This document shows positions 44,285 through 53,943 of a DNA stretch of 64,000 nucleotides, piece by piece; positions within the stretch are counted from its first letter, which is position 1, and each line of letters starts with the position of its first letter. Location: IMG/VR virus record IMGVR_UViG_3300005937_000014, positions 4,363 through 68,362 of that record; one strand, given 5' to 3'. The translations under genes and the position numbers were made by a program. This DNA comes from a virus (Duplodnaviria; Caudoviricetes). The notes under the pieces were generated by a model. That model saw nothing but the letters and a program-made list of their open reading frames with translations. It ran no database searches and was not told the DNA's origin.

Positions 44285-44578
44285 ATGAGCGACGACGCAC
44301 AGACGATCCGCGAGCGGGCAGCACGGGAGTCGCTGGGCGTGGATATCAGCGACTACAGTGACGAGTTCTGTGCGGGGTTCCTGGCCGGACAGGTCAACGT
44401 GTTCGACTTCCTAGCCGCTCGTCCCGCCGCACCAGACGCGGCGCGAGAGGCGCTGGAAGCCGTCGGACGGGAACTAGAGCGGGCTTCGGACGTGCGGGCG
44501 AACCGCACGAAGATCATCGGCAACGCATACCTCATCGTTCAGGCCGCTCTCCGAGGCTCGCACACGGAGCAGGGATGA
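44285..44578 (+). CDS. Hypothetical protein
   Basis: ATG 44285; ends ...SHTEQG* inside direct repeat 1. Confidence 0.55.
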   Translation: MSDDAQTIRERAARESLGVDISDYSDEFCAGFLAGQVNVFDFLAARPAAPDAAREALEAVGRELERASDVRANRTKIIGNAYLIVQAALRGSHTEQG

Positions 44579-45084
44579 GCGACTACGACTCCCGGCCCGA
44601 GACGCGAGAGCACATCGACCGGGTGCGCTTCTTCATCGACCGGGCGATCTCCAGCCTCACGCATCGGCGCGCCCGACACGACGCTTCCAAGCTGGTCGAG
44701 CCGGAGCTATCCGCCTTCAACATCGCCACGCCGAAGCTCGCCACGCTGGAGTACGGGTCGGAGGAGTACAGGCGGTCGCTGCGCGACCTCGGGCCTGCGC
44801 TCGATCACCACTTCGAACACAACGACCACCACCCGGAGCACTACCCAAACGGTGTGCGCGGCATGAACCTGATGGCGCTTATCGAGATGCTCTGCGACTG
44901 GCGGGCTGCGTCTGAGCGGGTCAAGCAGCGCACCGACGACCCCGCGAAGGTTGGAACGTTCGAGACGGGGTTGCTGCACAACAAGGAGCGGTTCGGGATC
45001 TCCGACGACCTGTACGAGATCCTGCTCAATACGGCTCGTGAACTGGACATGCTGGGCCGCGACTCGCACACGGAGCAGGGATGA
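44557..45084 (+). repeat. 22-bp direct repeat CTCGCACACGGAGCAGGGATGA flanking one gene (44557-44578 and 45063-45084)
   Basis: Both copies read directly from the sequence and are identical. Confidence 0.85.
44575..45084 (+). CDS. DUF5662-like (HD-related) protein
   Basis: HDASKL..PE...YGSEEY...L.PALDHH...NDHHPEHY.NG..GM.L..LIEMLCDW.AAS.R. Confidence 0.7.
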   Translation: MSDYDSRPETREHIDRVRFFIDRAISSLTHRRARHDASKLVEPELSAFNIATPKLATLEYGSEEYRRSLRDLGPALDHHFEHNDHHPEHYPNGVRGMNLMALIEMLCDWRAASERVKQRTDDPAKVGTFETGLLHNKERFGISDDLYEILLNTARELDMLGRDSHTEQG

Positions 45085-45293
45085 TCCATGTGTTCCTCGC
45101 GGAGAACTGCCCGTGGTGCTGGTGGGTGTCGCTGCGCTGGAGCGACTATGCCCGCTGGGGCGAGTGGGCCTGGGTCGGCCGGGAGTATCCGGCGTGACCT
45201 CCCACGACCTGCTCGTGCTCGCGCTGATCGTGCTCTTGATCCTCGCGCTGCTCGGGGCGGCGCGGCTACTGCCCTACACGTAAGGAGGCCGAG

Positions 45294-45626
45294 ATGACCG
45301 AGAGACTCGTGTGCGACTCGTGCGGCGACCTGATTGACGAGGAGCAGCCGCACTTCCTCGTGACCGCGCAGAAGATGATCGTCCAGAACGCCAACGACCC
45401 GACCACGATCAACGTGCCGGAGTTGGAGCTAATCCCGCGCACCCTGCACTACCACGACGGACACCAGCCCGAGTTGGTGGCCTCGGGGGAGGCGTCGCAA
45501 CTGCCGGTGTTGCCGGAGGAGCCGGGCGGGGAGGAGCCGGTGGAGGAACCGACCGGGCCGGAGCCGCCCATCGAGCCGCCCGCCGGGCCACCGATCCAGC
45601 CGCCCGGCGCGCAGGCCCGTGAGTGA
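45294..45626 (+). CDS. Hypothetical protein, N-terminal CxxC and Pro/Glu-rich tail
   Basis: RBS AAGGAGG. Confidence 0.6.
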   Translation: MTERLVCDSCGDLIDEEQPHFLVTAQKMIVQNANDPTTINVPELELIPRTLHYHDGHQPELVASGEASQLPVLPEEPGGEEPVEEPTGPEPPIEPPAGPPIQPPGAQARE

Positions 45627-45801
45627 GGACAGGCTGTTCGATATGGACGCCGAGCCGCCGCAACCGCTGCGCGAAGGCCGCGTCGAGTTCATCGCCGGGA
45701 TGCTCGCGCAGATGACCTGGGGCGACGAGAAGCGCACCGTCGCTCAGCGCGAGCGGAGCATCGAGGTCGCCCGCGAGGCGCTGGAGAAGCTGCGCTCGTG
45801 A
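45619..45801 (+). CDS. Small hypothetical protein
   Basis: Overlapping start, codon bias. Confidence 0.45.
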   Translation: MSEDRLFDMDAEPPQPLREGRVEFIAGMLAQMTWGDEKRTVAQRERSIEVAREALEKLRS

Positions 45802-46089
45802 CCGCCGTGCGCGGGCCGGGCATCACCTGCTGCGGGTGCGGCTGCGTGGTCCAGGCGGTGGTTGTCGGCGTCGTCACGTTCGTCCTGGCCCGGCGGCGGC
45901 GCACGTGAGCGACGACCCGATCCCGGCCTCGCAGGCCCGAGCGCACCTGCGCCCGTTGCCCCGCTGCCGGGTGTGCGAGAGGCCCGCCGTCGAGGCGCTC
46001 TACAACGGGCGGAACGACTACATGGGGGTCTACTGCCATCGCCATGCCAGGGCGGCGTTGAAGCGGTACAAGCTGGAGGGGCGGCTGAC

Positions 46090-46323
46090 GTGATCGGGCC
46101 GGTCGAGATCATCGGGCAGGAGATGGAGCGCGTGGGCATCCGTAAGCCAGACTGGGCGCTCGCGTTCATGTGGGGCTACCTGCTCGGCGCAGCCAAGCAC
46201 GAGCAGCCGGGTCTGCTGCACGACGAGGAGAGGCTGCGCCAGTGGTGCCGGATGACCTTCGTCGGACGCCGTAACCAGAACGGCACACTTCGCGCGAGCG
46301 AGCGACGTAGGCTCGGTCTGTGA
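46090..46323 (+). CDS. Small hypothetical protein
   Basis: RBS GGAGG, GTGA overlap. Confidence 0.45.
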   Translation: MIGPVEIIGQEMERVGIRKPDWALAFMWGYLLGAAKHEQPGLLHDEERLRQWCRMTFVGRRNQNGTLRASERRRLGL

Positions 46324-46440
46324 CCGGCGGGCAGGCGGTGTTCCTGATCACGTGCGCGGCACTGCTCGCGTTCGTGGTCGCGATGCTCGCCGCAGCCTGG
46401 CTCGGCTGAGGCTCGCCGCCGTCCGGCGTACACTCCTCGC

Positions 46441-47163
46441 GTGGCGCTGGCCGAGTGGATCGAGCGCGTCGAAGGCTCCATCGCTGACGAGGACATGCTG
46501 CACGTGCTCGGCGCGGAGGCCGAGGCCGACACCACGCTGAACGCACACGACCGCGCCCAGGTGATCGGCCGGGTCGAGCGGTACCTGGAGAGCTTCGATG
46601 ACATGCGCGCCGGGAAGCTCGTGAGCGCCGCGGAGTTCGCGCTCGGCGGGCCGGTCCTGGACGACGACGTGCCGGACTTCGACCTGGGCGACGATGACCG
46701 GAGCGACTCGCCGCTCTCCGAGGCGCTCGCTGAGGTGCTGGCCGAGGCGGTCTGGGAGGAGCGGCTGCACCCGCGCAACCGGCTCGGCAAGTGGATCGAG
46801 AAGCTGCGCAAGCTCGGAGGGGCGAAGGGGCTGCGCGAGCGCGGCGGCAAGGCGGGCCAGGCCGTCAACCGGCGGCTCGCCCGCAGCACGCTCGTGGCGA
46901 TGCCCCCGCTGGTGCTCTCGCAGCTACACACCTTCCTCGACCGCTTCGACGCGGGCTACCTGTTCGATCCCGAGTTCTGGACGCCGGGGCCGTCGCCGCC
47001 GAGCACGATCTACGGGCAGTTCCCGGAACTGATCACCTGGCTGGCGACGCAGGCGAACCCCGAGGTGCTGATGTCGCTCGTCCACCTGATCGCCTCCGAG
47101 GACCAGGCCGAGCGCGACGAGGGGAAGGCGCTGATCGAGGCGGTGCTGCGTGAGCGTCGGTAG
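46441..47163 (+). CDS. LHPR-tagged protein (probable virion/ejected component)
   Basis: AEAVWEERLHPRNRLGKWI; -10 TACACT about 6 nt upstream of the GTG (leaderless). Confidence 0.65.
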   Translation: MALAEWIERVEGSIADEDMLHVLGAEAEADTTLNAHDRAQVIGRVERYLESFDDMRAGKLVSAAEFALGGPVLDDDVPDFDLGDDDRSDSPLSEALAEVLAEAVWEERLHPRNRLGKWIEKLRKLGGAKGLRERGGKAGQAVNRRLARSTLVAMPPLVLSQLHTFLDRFDAGYLFDPEFWTPGPSPPSTIYGQFPELITWLATQANPEVLMSLVHLIASEDQAERDEGKALIEAVLRERR

Positions 47164-50100
47164 CTACGTCGAGCACCTTCACCCGCGCGACCGCTACGGC
47201 AAGTGGCGCGACGTGCCCGACCTGCCGCGGACGCCCATCATCGACCTGCGCGACGACCCGCGCGGGTTCGCCGCGATCTATGACGGGTTCGAGCACGGCG
47301 GCATCGAGGCGCACGTGAACGGCACTACCGTGGACGCCGACGCGCGCGCGACGACGATCTGGGGGACGTTCGAGCACGACCCCGGCGACGGCGGCGGGCC
47401 GATCACGGTCGGCAACTTCGAGCACACCCTGTACGACGACGACGGCCCGGTGATCACCCGCGACCTGATCGAGCTACACCCTGACTTCCGCGAGCGCGGC
47501 TTCGCGACGGCCTTCTACGCGCACGAGGAGCAGCAGGCGCTCCGCCACGGCGTGACCAGGATCGAGTTGACGGCGGCGATGGAGACGGGTGGCTACGCCT
47601 GGGCGCGGGCCGGGTTCGAGTTCGACCTGGGGCCGGTCGCCGGGCCGAAGATGCTCTGGGAAGCGTACGCCGAGTACGGCAAGCCGGATCGCAAGCAGCA
47701 GCTTCGCGAGATCCAGGGCCACGTCGGGCCGCAGGCATGGGCGGCGTTCGAGGACAAGTTCCCGCACGACGAGGAGTGGCCGAGCGCGCGCGTCCGGCGC
47801 GAGGAGGGGATCGAGGCCGATCCCGACTGGTTCACCTCTCCGGCGGAGATCGCCGCCTACGGCCGCGACGGCCCGCACTGGAGCGAGGGTGGTCACGACC
47901 TGTGGCTCGGCAAGGCGTTCCTGCTCGGCTCCGGGTGGAACGGCGTGAAGTGGCTCAGGACGCCACAGGAGGCGATCTCCGAGGCCGACGACACCGTGCG
48001 ACTGACGACCCTCGTTACAGCACTTCATGCGCTCTGGGCTGCACAGGGAGCCGTACACGTGCCTCCAGACGAGATCGCTGGGGACGACGATGCCGGATTC
48101 TGGGACGCGGTCGAGCGGGCCGCTGCACGCATCCAGGAGGCGAGCGCATACGTCGAGCGGCTCCACCCTCGTGAGCGGACAGGGAAGTGGCGGAGCAAGC
48201 TCGGTCTAGGCCGGGCCGTGCGTGCCGAGGTGGCGGCACGCCCCCGCCTGCCCGAGATCCAGAGACGCGACCGCCCGCTCGCCTCCGGGATGGCCTTCCG
48301 GCGTGCCCGCACCCGCCCGGCGCTGATGCGCGAGACGGGCACCCACGGCGACGAGTTCATGTTCGAGATGGCGACCGACCTCGGCTACGCCGGACGGCCG
48401 ACGCGCGTCCCGAGCGGCGAGGTGGACGCCGCCGTCGCCGCCGGGGGCACCGAGGTCTGGCGGGGCGTCTCCGACGAGACGTACGCCGAGGCGCTCGTGA
48501 CCGGCCCCTACTACGCCGGACAGGGCTTCCGAGGCTCCGGCATCTACGTGGCGCACGGCGAGGACGGCCGCACGCGGGCGGTCAGCTACGCGCAGGCACC
48601 GCCGACCCGTGGGATCGCCGCCAAGACGGACCGGCCGACCGTCCAGCGGATGGCGCTCCACCCGCAGGCGAACGTCGTGGAGTACGAGGAGATCCGCGGC
48701 CGGGCGGAGGCCGAGCACAAGCGGCTGGCCGAGAAGCTTCGCTCGCCGGGCCTCTCCGAGAAGGCCAGCGAGGAGGAGGTGCTGGCCGAGGTCGCGCGTG
48801 ACCCGGCGCGCTACGCGATGAGCCAGGGGTACGACGCCATCCGCATCAACGACGCCGAGATGAACGTCCTGAACCGCACGGCGCTGCTCGTGGACGAGGC
48901 GTTCGAGGAGGCGGGCACGAGCGTCGTCCGGCGGGGGCGCGCGGCCGTCGAGGCCGAGTACGAGGAGCACCTCCACCCGCGGGGCCGCGGTGGGCGCTGG
49001 ATTCGCAGGCTCGCCATCGAGCGTGCGTTCGCGATGCGCGACCTGCCGGGCCAGGGGACGATGCGTACGCGCACGACCGAACCGGTCGAGAGCGAGCGGA
49101 AGATCAAGGCGTCTCGGATCAAGCCGGGCGACGACTTCTGGCTGGAGCCGCCGAAGGGCGAGCGCCGCCAGCGCGTCCACGCCCAGCACGTGATCCAGAC
49201 GCCGGGCAACGTCGTGAAGGTGCAGACCCGCCGCGGCGAGGAGGTCACGTACGGGCCGAACGAGCCGGTCACGCGGATCGACACGCAGCCGGGTCTGCGG
49301 GACGCGCTGCTGATCCAGGCGCGCGAGGCGTTCGCTGGCGAGGGGCAGCCGATCACGCCCAGGCCGTTCGAGTACCTGCGGCTCGTGATCCCAGAGGGGC
49401 CGGGCGGCGGCGTGGTGCGCTACGAGCCTCGCGCCGGGCGGGTGCCGAGCGAGGTGTTGCGCGGGCTGCCCAAGGGGGCGCAAGTGGGGATCGGCTCCGA
49501 CCTGCGGCCGTTCGAGCGCGAGCAACTCGGCATCGAGATCGAGCCGGGCGACCTGGTCACGGTGCCCGCCCACGGCGTCACCAAGAGAGGCCGCGTGGTC
49601 AGCGTCGGCCGCAAGAACGTGAAGGTCGAGATCGACGTGAGGGGCAAGCCGCGCATCCTGACGAGACTCCCCTCCGACCTGACGATCACGGCGAAGGCTC
49701 CGAGCGAGGACGAGATCCTGAGCCGCTACGCCGACTGGACGCGCGAGCGGCTCCGCAACCTGACCAGCCGCGAGTCCGGCGCGAAGGTCGCGGTGCGCAT
49801 GAACTCGGGCGGGCTGCCGACGCTGCTCGATGAGGGCCGGATGCGGAACGCCCACCACGGCTCCTCCTACGACGATCCCGAGCGGGGCACTCGCGGCGAG
49901 TCATACGAGCGGCACCGGGCCGAACTGGAGCGCGCCTGGTTCCACATCGACACGTCGGAGACGGCCGACCCGGATGCCTACCCGGTGTACGGCTACGTGA
50001 CGACCGACCAGGAGGATCTCGGCAAGACCGAGCGCGGCAGCTTCTCGCAGGCTGTCCACGGCTTCGGGGACGTGAAGCTGACGCTCCGCGATCACGTGCG

Positions 50101-52576
50101 CGAGCGCACCACCGTCACCTTCTCCGACTCGAACTACATCGCCGGGAGCGAGCACACGAACGCGGTCGCCTCCCCGATTGACGACCCGTCCGAGTTGAGC
50201 GTCTCGCACTTCCAGAACCTGCGCGGGATCGAGAAGCCGGTCTACGAGTACGGCGACGAGCCGCGTCCCTACCCGGAGTTCACGCCGGAGGAGCGCGAGC
50301 GGATCAGGCGGGCGGGCGAGGCGTACTACTCGAATCCCGAGGACGCGGAGGAGGCTCGCGAGGCGAAGCGCATGGAGATCGCGGAGGAGAGGGGCTGGCG
50401 GCGCTGGCGGCACGGCGACTTCATCGAGGCGCAGATCCACGGCACCGTCCGCATCCCCGAGGACGTGGAGCGGATCGACTTCACGACTCCGGCCGACCCG
50501 GAGATCAAGCGACGCTTGGACGAACTCGGCGTGCCCTACTTCGAGCACAATCTCCCCGAGGTGGTCGAGGCGTTCGAGGAACATCTGCACCCGCGCGGTC
50601 GGGGTGGGCGCTGGATTCGCCGCATGTGGCATCTGGCTCCGGCGACCTCGACCCAGTCGATCAAGCAGCACGGCCTCCAGCACGAGCGCGGCGGCGAGCG
50701 GCGCGTGACGCAGCCGGGCACCTACCTGTGGGACAACCCCGAGGACGCCGAGAAGTACCGGCGCTTCTGGGGCGGCAGGGACATGCGGCTCTACCAGGTC
50801 GAGACGGTCGGCCTGGACCTCCAGCCCGACCCGCTCGGCGTGCCGGGCGCGTTCGTCACCAAGGAGACGATCCCGCCGGAGGCCATCGAGCCGGTGGACG
50901 AGCACGGCGACCTGGTCCGGCGGGCGCTGTGGTCGTGGGTCGGCTGGCCCTCCGACATGCGCATCCACATGGCGGACGAGATCGCCGGAGCACCGGAGCC
51001 GTCGAGCGGCAGCGGCAAGGATCGGCGCGAGCAGGCGCGGACGCTGCTGGCCGAGCTTCGCGAGCGCGGCAGGCCGAACGACAAGCCGCTCTACCGGGGC
51101 GCGAGCAAGGGGCACGAGCCGAGCACCGAGCTTCCGAGTTCGTGGAGCGAGCGGCTGGCGGTCGCGCGCAAGTGGGCGGGCAAGGACGGGACGGTCGAGA
51201 CGCTCAAGAAGGGAGCCGGGCACGGGATCAAGATGGGCGACTACGTCGAGTCGCAGCAGGACGACCAAGAGCGGCAGTGGTTGATCCTGCCCGACCGCGT
51301 CGAGTCGGAGGGGATCGAGGACTACCGCGGCCTCCACCGCGCGCCCGAGCGCGGCGAGGAGAGCGAGGGGTCGAGTCTCGACAACCCGACGATGATGTTC
51401 GGCGGCGACGACATCTACGGGCCGCACGCGCTGCGCTACTTCGGCAGCGGTGGCCCCAGTCCGTCACAAGACCCGGAGACGCAGGCGTGGGCGCGCCGGG
51501 CGCAGCAGGCGGATCGGGAGAGCCTCGCGGCGATCAAGGCGGCACGCGGCAAGCCGGATCACGTGGTGACCATCTACCGCGGTGTGCCGAAGGGCGTGAC
51601 GGAGATCCAGCCGGGCGACTGGGTGACGCTGTCGAGGACGTACGCGGAGCTTCACGGCGAGTCGAACCTGGAGGCTCCCGGCGGCGGCTACGAGGAGCCG
51701 TCCGAGTTCGAGGTGCTGTCGAGGCAAGTGCGCGCGGGCGACCTGTACACCGACGGCGACCTCAACGAGTGGGGCTGGAGTCCGGGTGCCCGCGTCGAGT
51801 CGCCGGGCCTGGAGTTGACCGACGAGGAGGAGGCGGAGTTGGCCGCGGAGGACGAGGCGTTCGCCAAGGCGCTCTCGAAGCTCGGCCCGGCCCGGCCGAC
51901 CGAGCCGGTCGAGGCTCCGAACCGGCACGCCGAGTGGCTTGCGGCCCTCGACCGCAGCGTGATCAAGGACGTGCCCGAGATCCCCGAGGGCGTGACGCTG
52001 TTCACCTCGGAGGGCCAGAACCCGCTGACGCACGGGCAGGCGCGCAGACACCTGGCCGATCTCGCGCTCGTGCCCGAACCGGCGATGGAGAAGCTCCGCG
52101 GGAGCGGCGTCGAGTGGCTGATCGGTGACGGGCCGGTCCCCGCCGCGCCGGGCTACTCGTACCTAACGACCGAGAAGCCGCGCGGGTGGGGCGGCGGCTG
52201 GACGTGGAAGAACGTCGCCGGGATGTACGACCAGCACCGCAACAAGGTGATCTCCGGGGTCGGGAGGCACGGAGCCAAGAGCCTCGTGCTGCACGAGACG
52301 GGCCACGCGCTCGCGCGCAAGCTGAACCTGATCGGTCAGTCCGACTTCTGGGTCGAGGAGCCGGAGCACCAGGCGCTGATCGCGCACCACAAGCGGCTGT
52401 ACCGCAAGCTCGACTCCTACGAGAAGCAGCGGTCGCGCGGCGGCAGCGGCAACTACCACGGCCGCGACGAGATGGCGGCGACTGGCTTCGAGTGGCTGCT
52501 CAAGGAGGGCCGGGAGGCGACGGTCGAGCGGTACGACGAGGAGTTCGTGGCCTGGCTGGAGGAGAAGCTCTCGTGA
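47150..52576 (+). CDS. 1808-aa polyvalent effector protein (GNAT, several ART-like domains, DUF3626-like domain, zincin peptidase)
   Basis: GNAT (PDFRERGFATAFY...GGYAWARAGF). ART-like segments VWRGV..GSGIYVA..GYDAI, WHLAP..SIKQHGL, LYRGA..SSWS and TIYRGVP..GDWVTLS. PVYGYV..FIEAQIHG (DUF3626-like). LHETGH. Four LHPR tags. Confidence 0.8.
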   Translation: MSVGSYVEHLHPRDRYGKWRDVPDLPRTPIIDLRDDPRGFAAIYDGFEHGGIEAHVNGTTVDADARATTIWGTFEHDPGDGGGPITVGNFEHTLYDDDGPVITRDLIELHPDFRERGFATAFYAHEEQQALRHGVTRIELTAAMETGGYAWARAGFEFDLGPVAGPKMLWEAYAEYGKPDRKQQLREIQGHVGPQAWAAFEDKFPHDEEWPSARVRREEGIEADPDWFTSPAEIAAYGRDGPHWSEGGHDLWLGKAFLLGSGWNGVKWLRTPQEAISEADDTVRLTTLVTALHALWAAQGAVHVPPDEIAGDDDAGFWDAVERAAARIQEASAYVERLHPRERTGKWRSKLGLGRAVRAEVAARPRLPEIQRRDRPLASGMAFRRARTRPALMRETGTHGDEFMFEMATDLGYAGRPTRVPSGEVDAAVAAGGTEVWRGVSDETYAEALVTGPYYAGQGFRGSGIYVAHGEDGRTRAVSYAQAPPTRGIAAKTDRPTVQRMALHPQANVVEYEEIRGRAEAEHKRLAEKLRSPGLSEKASEEEVLAEVARDPARYAMSQGYDAIRINDAEMNVLNRTALLVDEAFEEAGTSVVRRGRAAVEAEYEEHLHPRGRGGRWIRRLAIERAFAMRDLPGQGTMRTRTTEPVESERKIKASRIKPGDDFWLEPPKGERRQRVHAQHVIQTPGNVVKVQTRRGEEVTYGPNEPVTRIDTQPGLRDALLIQAREAFAGEGQPITPRPFEYLRLVIPEGPGGGVVRYEPRAGRVPSEVLRGLPKGAQVGIGSDLRPFEREQLGIEIEPGDLVTVPAHGVTKRGRVVSVGRKNVKVEIDVRGKPRILTRLPSDLTITAKAPSEDEILSRYADWTRERLRNLTSRESGAKVAVRMNSGGLPTLLDEGRMRNAHHGSSYDDPERGTRGESYERHRAELERAWFHIDTSETADPDAYPVYGYVTTDQEDLGKTERGSFSQAVHGFGDVKLTLRDHVRERTTVTFSDSNYIAGSEHTNAVASPIDDPSELSVSHFQNLRGIEKPVYEYGDEPRPYPEFTPEERERIRRAGEAYYSNPEDAEEAREAKRMEIAEERGWRRWRHGDFIEAQIHGTVRIPEDVERIDFTTPADPEIKRRLDELGVPYFEHNLPEVVEAFEEHLHPRGRGGRWIRRMWHLAPATSTQSIKQHGLQHERGGERRVTQPGTYLWDNPEDAEKYRRFWGGRDMRLYQVETVGLDLQPDPLGVPGAFVTKETIPPEAIEPVDEHGDLVRRALWSWVGWPSDMRIHMADEIAGAPEPSSGSGKDRREQARTLLAELRERGRPNDKPLYRGASKGHEPSTELPSSWSERLAVARKWAGKDGTVETLKKGAGHGIKMGDYVESQQDDQERQWLILPDRVESEGIEDYRGLHRAPERGEESEGSSLDNPTMMFGGDDIYGPHALRYFGSGGPSPSQDPETQAWARRAQQADRESLAAIKAARGKPDHVVTIYRGVPKGVTEIQPGDWVTLSRTYAELHGESNLEAPGGGYEEPSEFEVLSRQVRAGDLYTDGDLNEWGWSPGARVESPGLELTDEEEAELAAEDEAFAKALSKLGPARPTEPVEAPNRHAEWLAALDRSVIKDVPEIPEGVTLFTSEGQNPLTHGQARRHLADLALVPEPAMEKLRGSGVEWLIGDGPVPAAPGYSYLTTEKPRGWGGGWTWKNVAGMYDQHRNKVISGVGRHGAKSLVLHETGHALARKLNLIGQSDFWVEEPEHQALIAHHKRLYRKLDSYEKQRSRGGSGNYHGRDEMAATGFEWLLKEGREATVERYDEEFVAWLEEKLS

Positions 52577-53283
52577 CCTTGAAGCCGGTACGGGTCGTCG
52601 GGCCGGGCTACGTCGCGGACGCCTGGATGGAAGATCCCGAGGACGAGTTCGCAGAGTTCGAGGGCGAGGTCGAGGAAGCCCGCTTCGAGGAGCGCCTGCA
52701 CCCCCGCGGGCGCGAAGGCCAGTGGATCAAGAAGCTCGGGAAGTTCGTCCCAGCCCAGGTGCCGACGGAGGAGAAGGTCGAGGAGAAGGACTGGCACGTG
52801 CCGCCCCCGCCGGTCGGCAAGGGCGAGCGCGGCGGCAAGGGCTACTCCTCCGACGAGGCGTACGGGACGAACACCGCGCTCGGGCACGTCGGGGAGGAGG
52901 CGTTCGTGCAGATCCTCGGCGGGCGCATCCTGCACCCCGAGGGCAAGGGCGCGCAGTCGCCGCTCGACGTTCACTACGACGGCTACGGCTTCGAGGTCAA
53001 AGCAGTCTCGACCAAGAGCACCGCGTACAAGGCGACCCCGAAGCGGTACGAGATCGAGCAGAAGCAGGCGGCGGCGGACGAGCTAGGCGTGAAGGCGGCG
53101 CTCGCCATCGTCGTGCTCGACTCCGAGAAGGGCGAGGCGCACGCCTACTACCGAGACGGCCTGCAAGGCGGCAGGCTGTCCGAGCGCACCGGCTGGAAGT
53201 ACCTCGGCTCCACGAAGCTCGCTGACCAGGCCGAGGTCGAGCGAGCGCACGAGCAGCCGACCATCGGTGCGGACGGCAGCTAA
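52573..53283 (+). CDS. LHPR-tagged PD-(D/E)xK restriction-endonuclease-fold protein
   Basis: FEERLHPRGREGQWI tag; GHVGEE...PLDV...GFEVKA (E...D...ExK). Confidence 0.7.
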   Translation: MTLKPVRVVGPGYVADAWMEDPEDEFAEFEGEVEEARFEERLHPRGREGQWIKKLGKFVPAQVPTEEKVEEKDWHVPPPPVGKGERGGKGYSSDEAYGTNTALGHVGEEAFVQILGGRILHPEGKGAQSPLDVHYDGYGFEVKAVSTKSTAYKATPKRYEIEQKQAAADELGVKAALAIVVLDSEKGEAHAYYRDGLQGGRLSERTGWKYLGSTKLADQAEVERAHEQPTIGADGS

Positions 53284-53431
53284 GGCTGCCCTCCTGAGAC
53301 GACGAAGCCCCGCACGTGGCGGAGCCTCGTCTTGTCACGTTGACCCTTTGGCCCCCGCGGCACGCCGCAGGAGGATCGAGGTCGAGTCTAGCCTCCAGTA
53401 CGCTGTGAGCCTCATGGCGGAGGAGTCGAGG

Positions 53432-53620
53432 ATGGTCAGCCTGGAAGCGCCACCGACTTCGCGTGCTCGCAGCCGGTGGTCAATCCATCCCGACTCCTAC
53501 CGTCGTGAGGACCGGCTGCTGGCGCTGATCCTCAAGGCGGCGTTCGTGTTCGGGGTCGTCGCCATCGAGGTCATCGTGATCGCCGCGTTCGCCTACCTCG
53601 TCTGGACGTTCGTCACGTGA
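53432..53620 (+). CDS. Small membrane protein
   Basis: RBS GGAGGAG, C-terminal TM helix. Confidence 0.45.
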   Translation: MVSLEAPPTSRARSRWSIHPDSYRREDRLLALILKAAFVFGVVAIEVIVIAAFAYLVWTFVT

Positions 53621-53802
53621 GCAGGCCCGCGCCCAGCCCTGAGTGGAGCCGCAAGGCGGCGGCGCTGATGAACTCGCCCGAGGTCGAGGCGCTCGACCCC
53701 GAGCAGTTCTGGGCGCTCCGGCACGTGCTCGACGGCGACGCGGAGCCGGACACGTTGACCGGCGAGGCGAAGGCGATCTGGGAGAAGTCCGGCCTCCAGT
53801 GA
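53617..53802 (+). CDS. Small hypothetical protein
   Basis: GTGA overlap. Confidence 0.45.
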   Translation: MSRPAPSPEWSRKAAALMNSPEVEALDPEQFWALRHVLDGDAEPDTLTGEAKAIWEKSGLQ

Positions 53803-53943
53803 GGCCCGCCGTGCCGGACTGCCGCCTCTACTCGTGGAACCACGCGCACCGGCCCCAGGAGCGAAGTGCGCTTGCGGGAGTGACCCGGCACGGCGTCGGC
53901 GGAGCTTAGCTAACTGACGCACATCGTGTAGGATCAGCCTTCG

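Noticed and set aside
8376-49858. Long antisense or alternate-frame ORFs (e.g. 8376-10487, 16092-17633, 30945-33206, 48206-49858, 7144-8481)
   Set aside because: Shadow ORFs caused by ~70% GC and strong codon bias of the real + strand genes; Arg/Ala/Pro-rich and without motifs.
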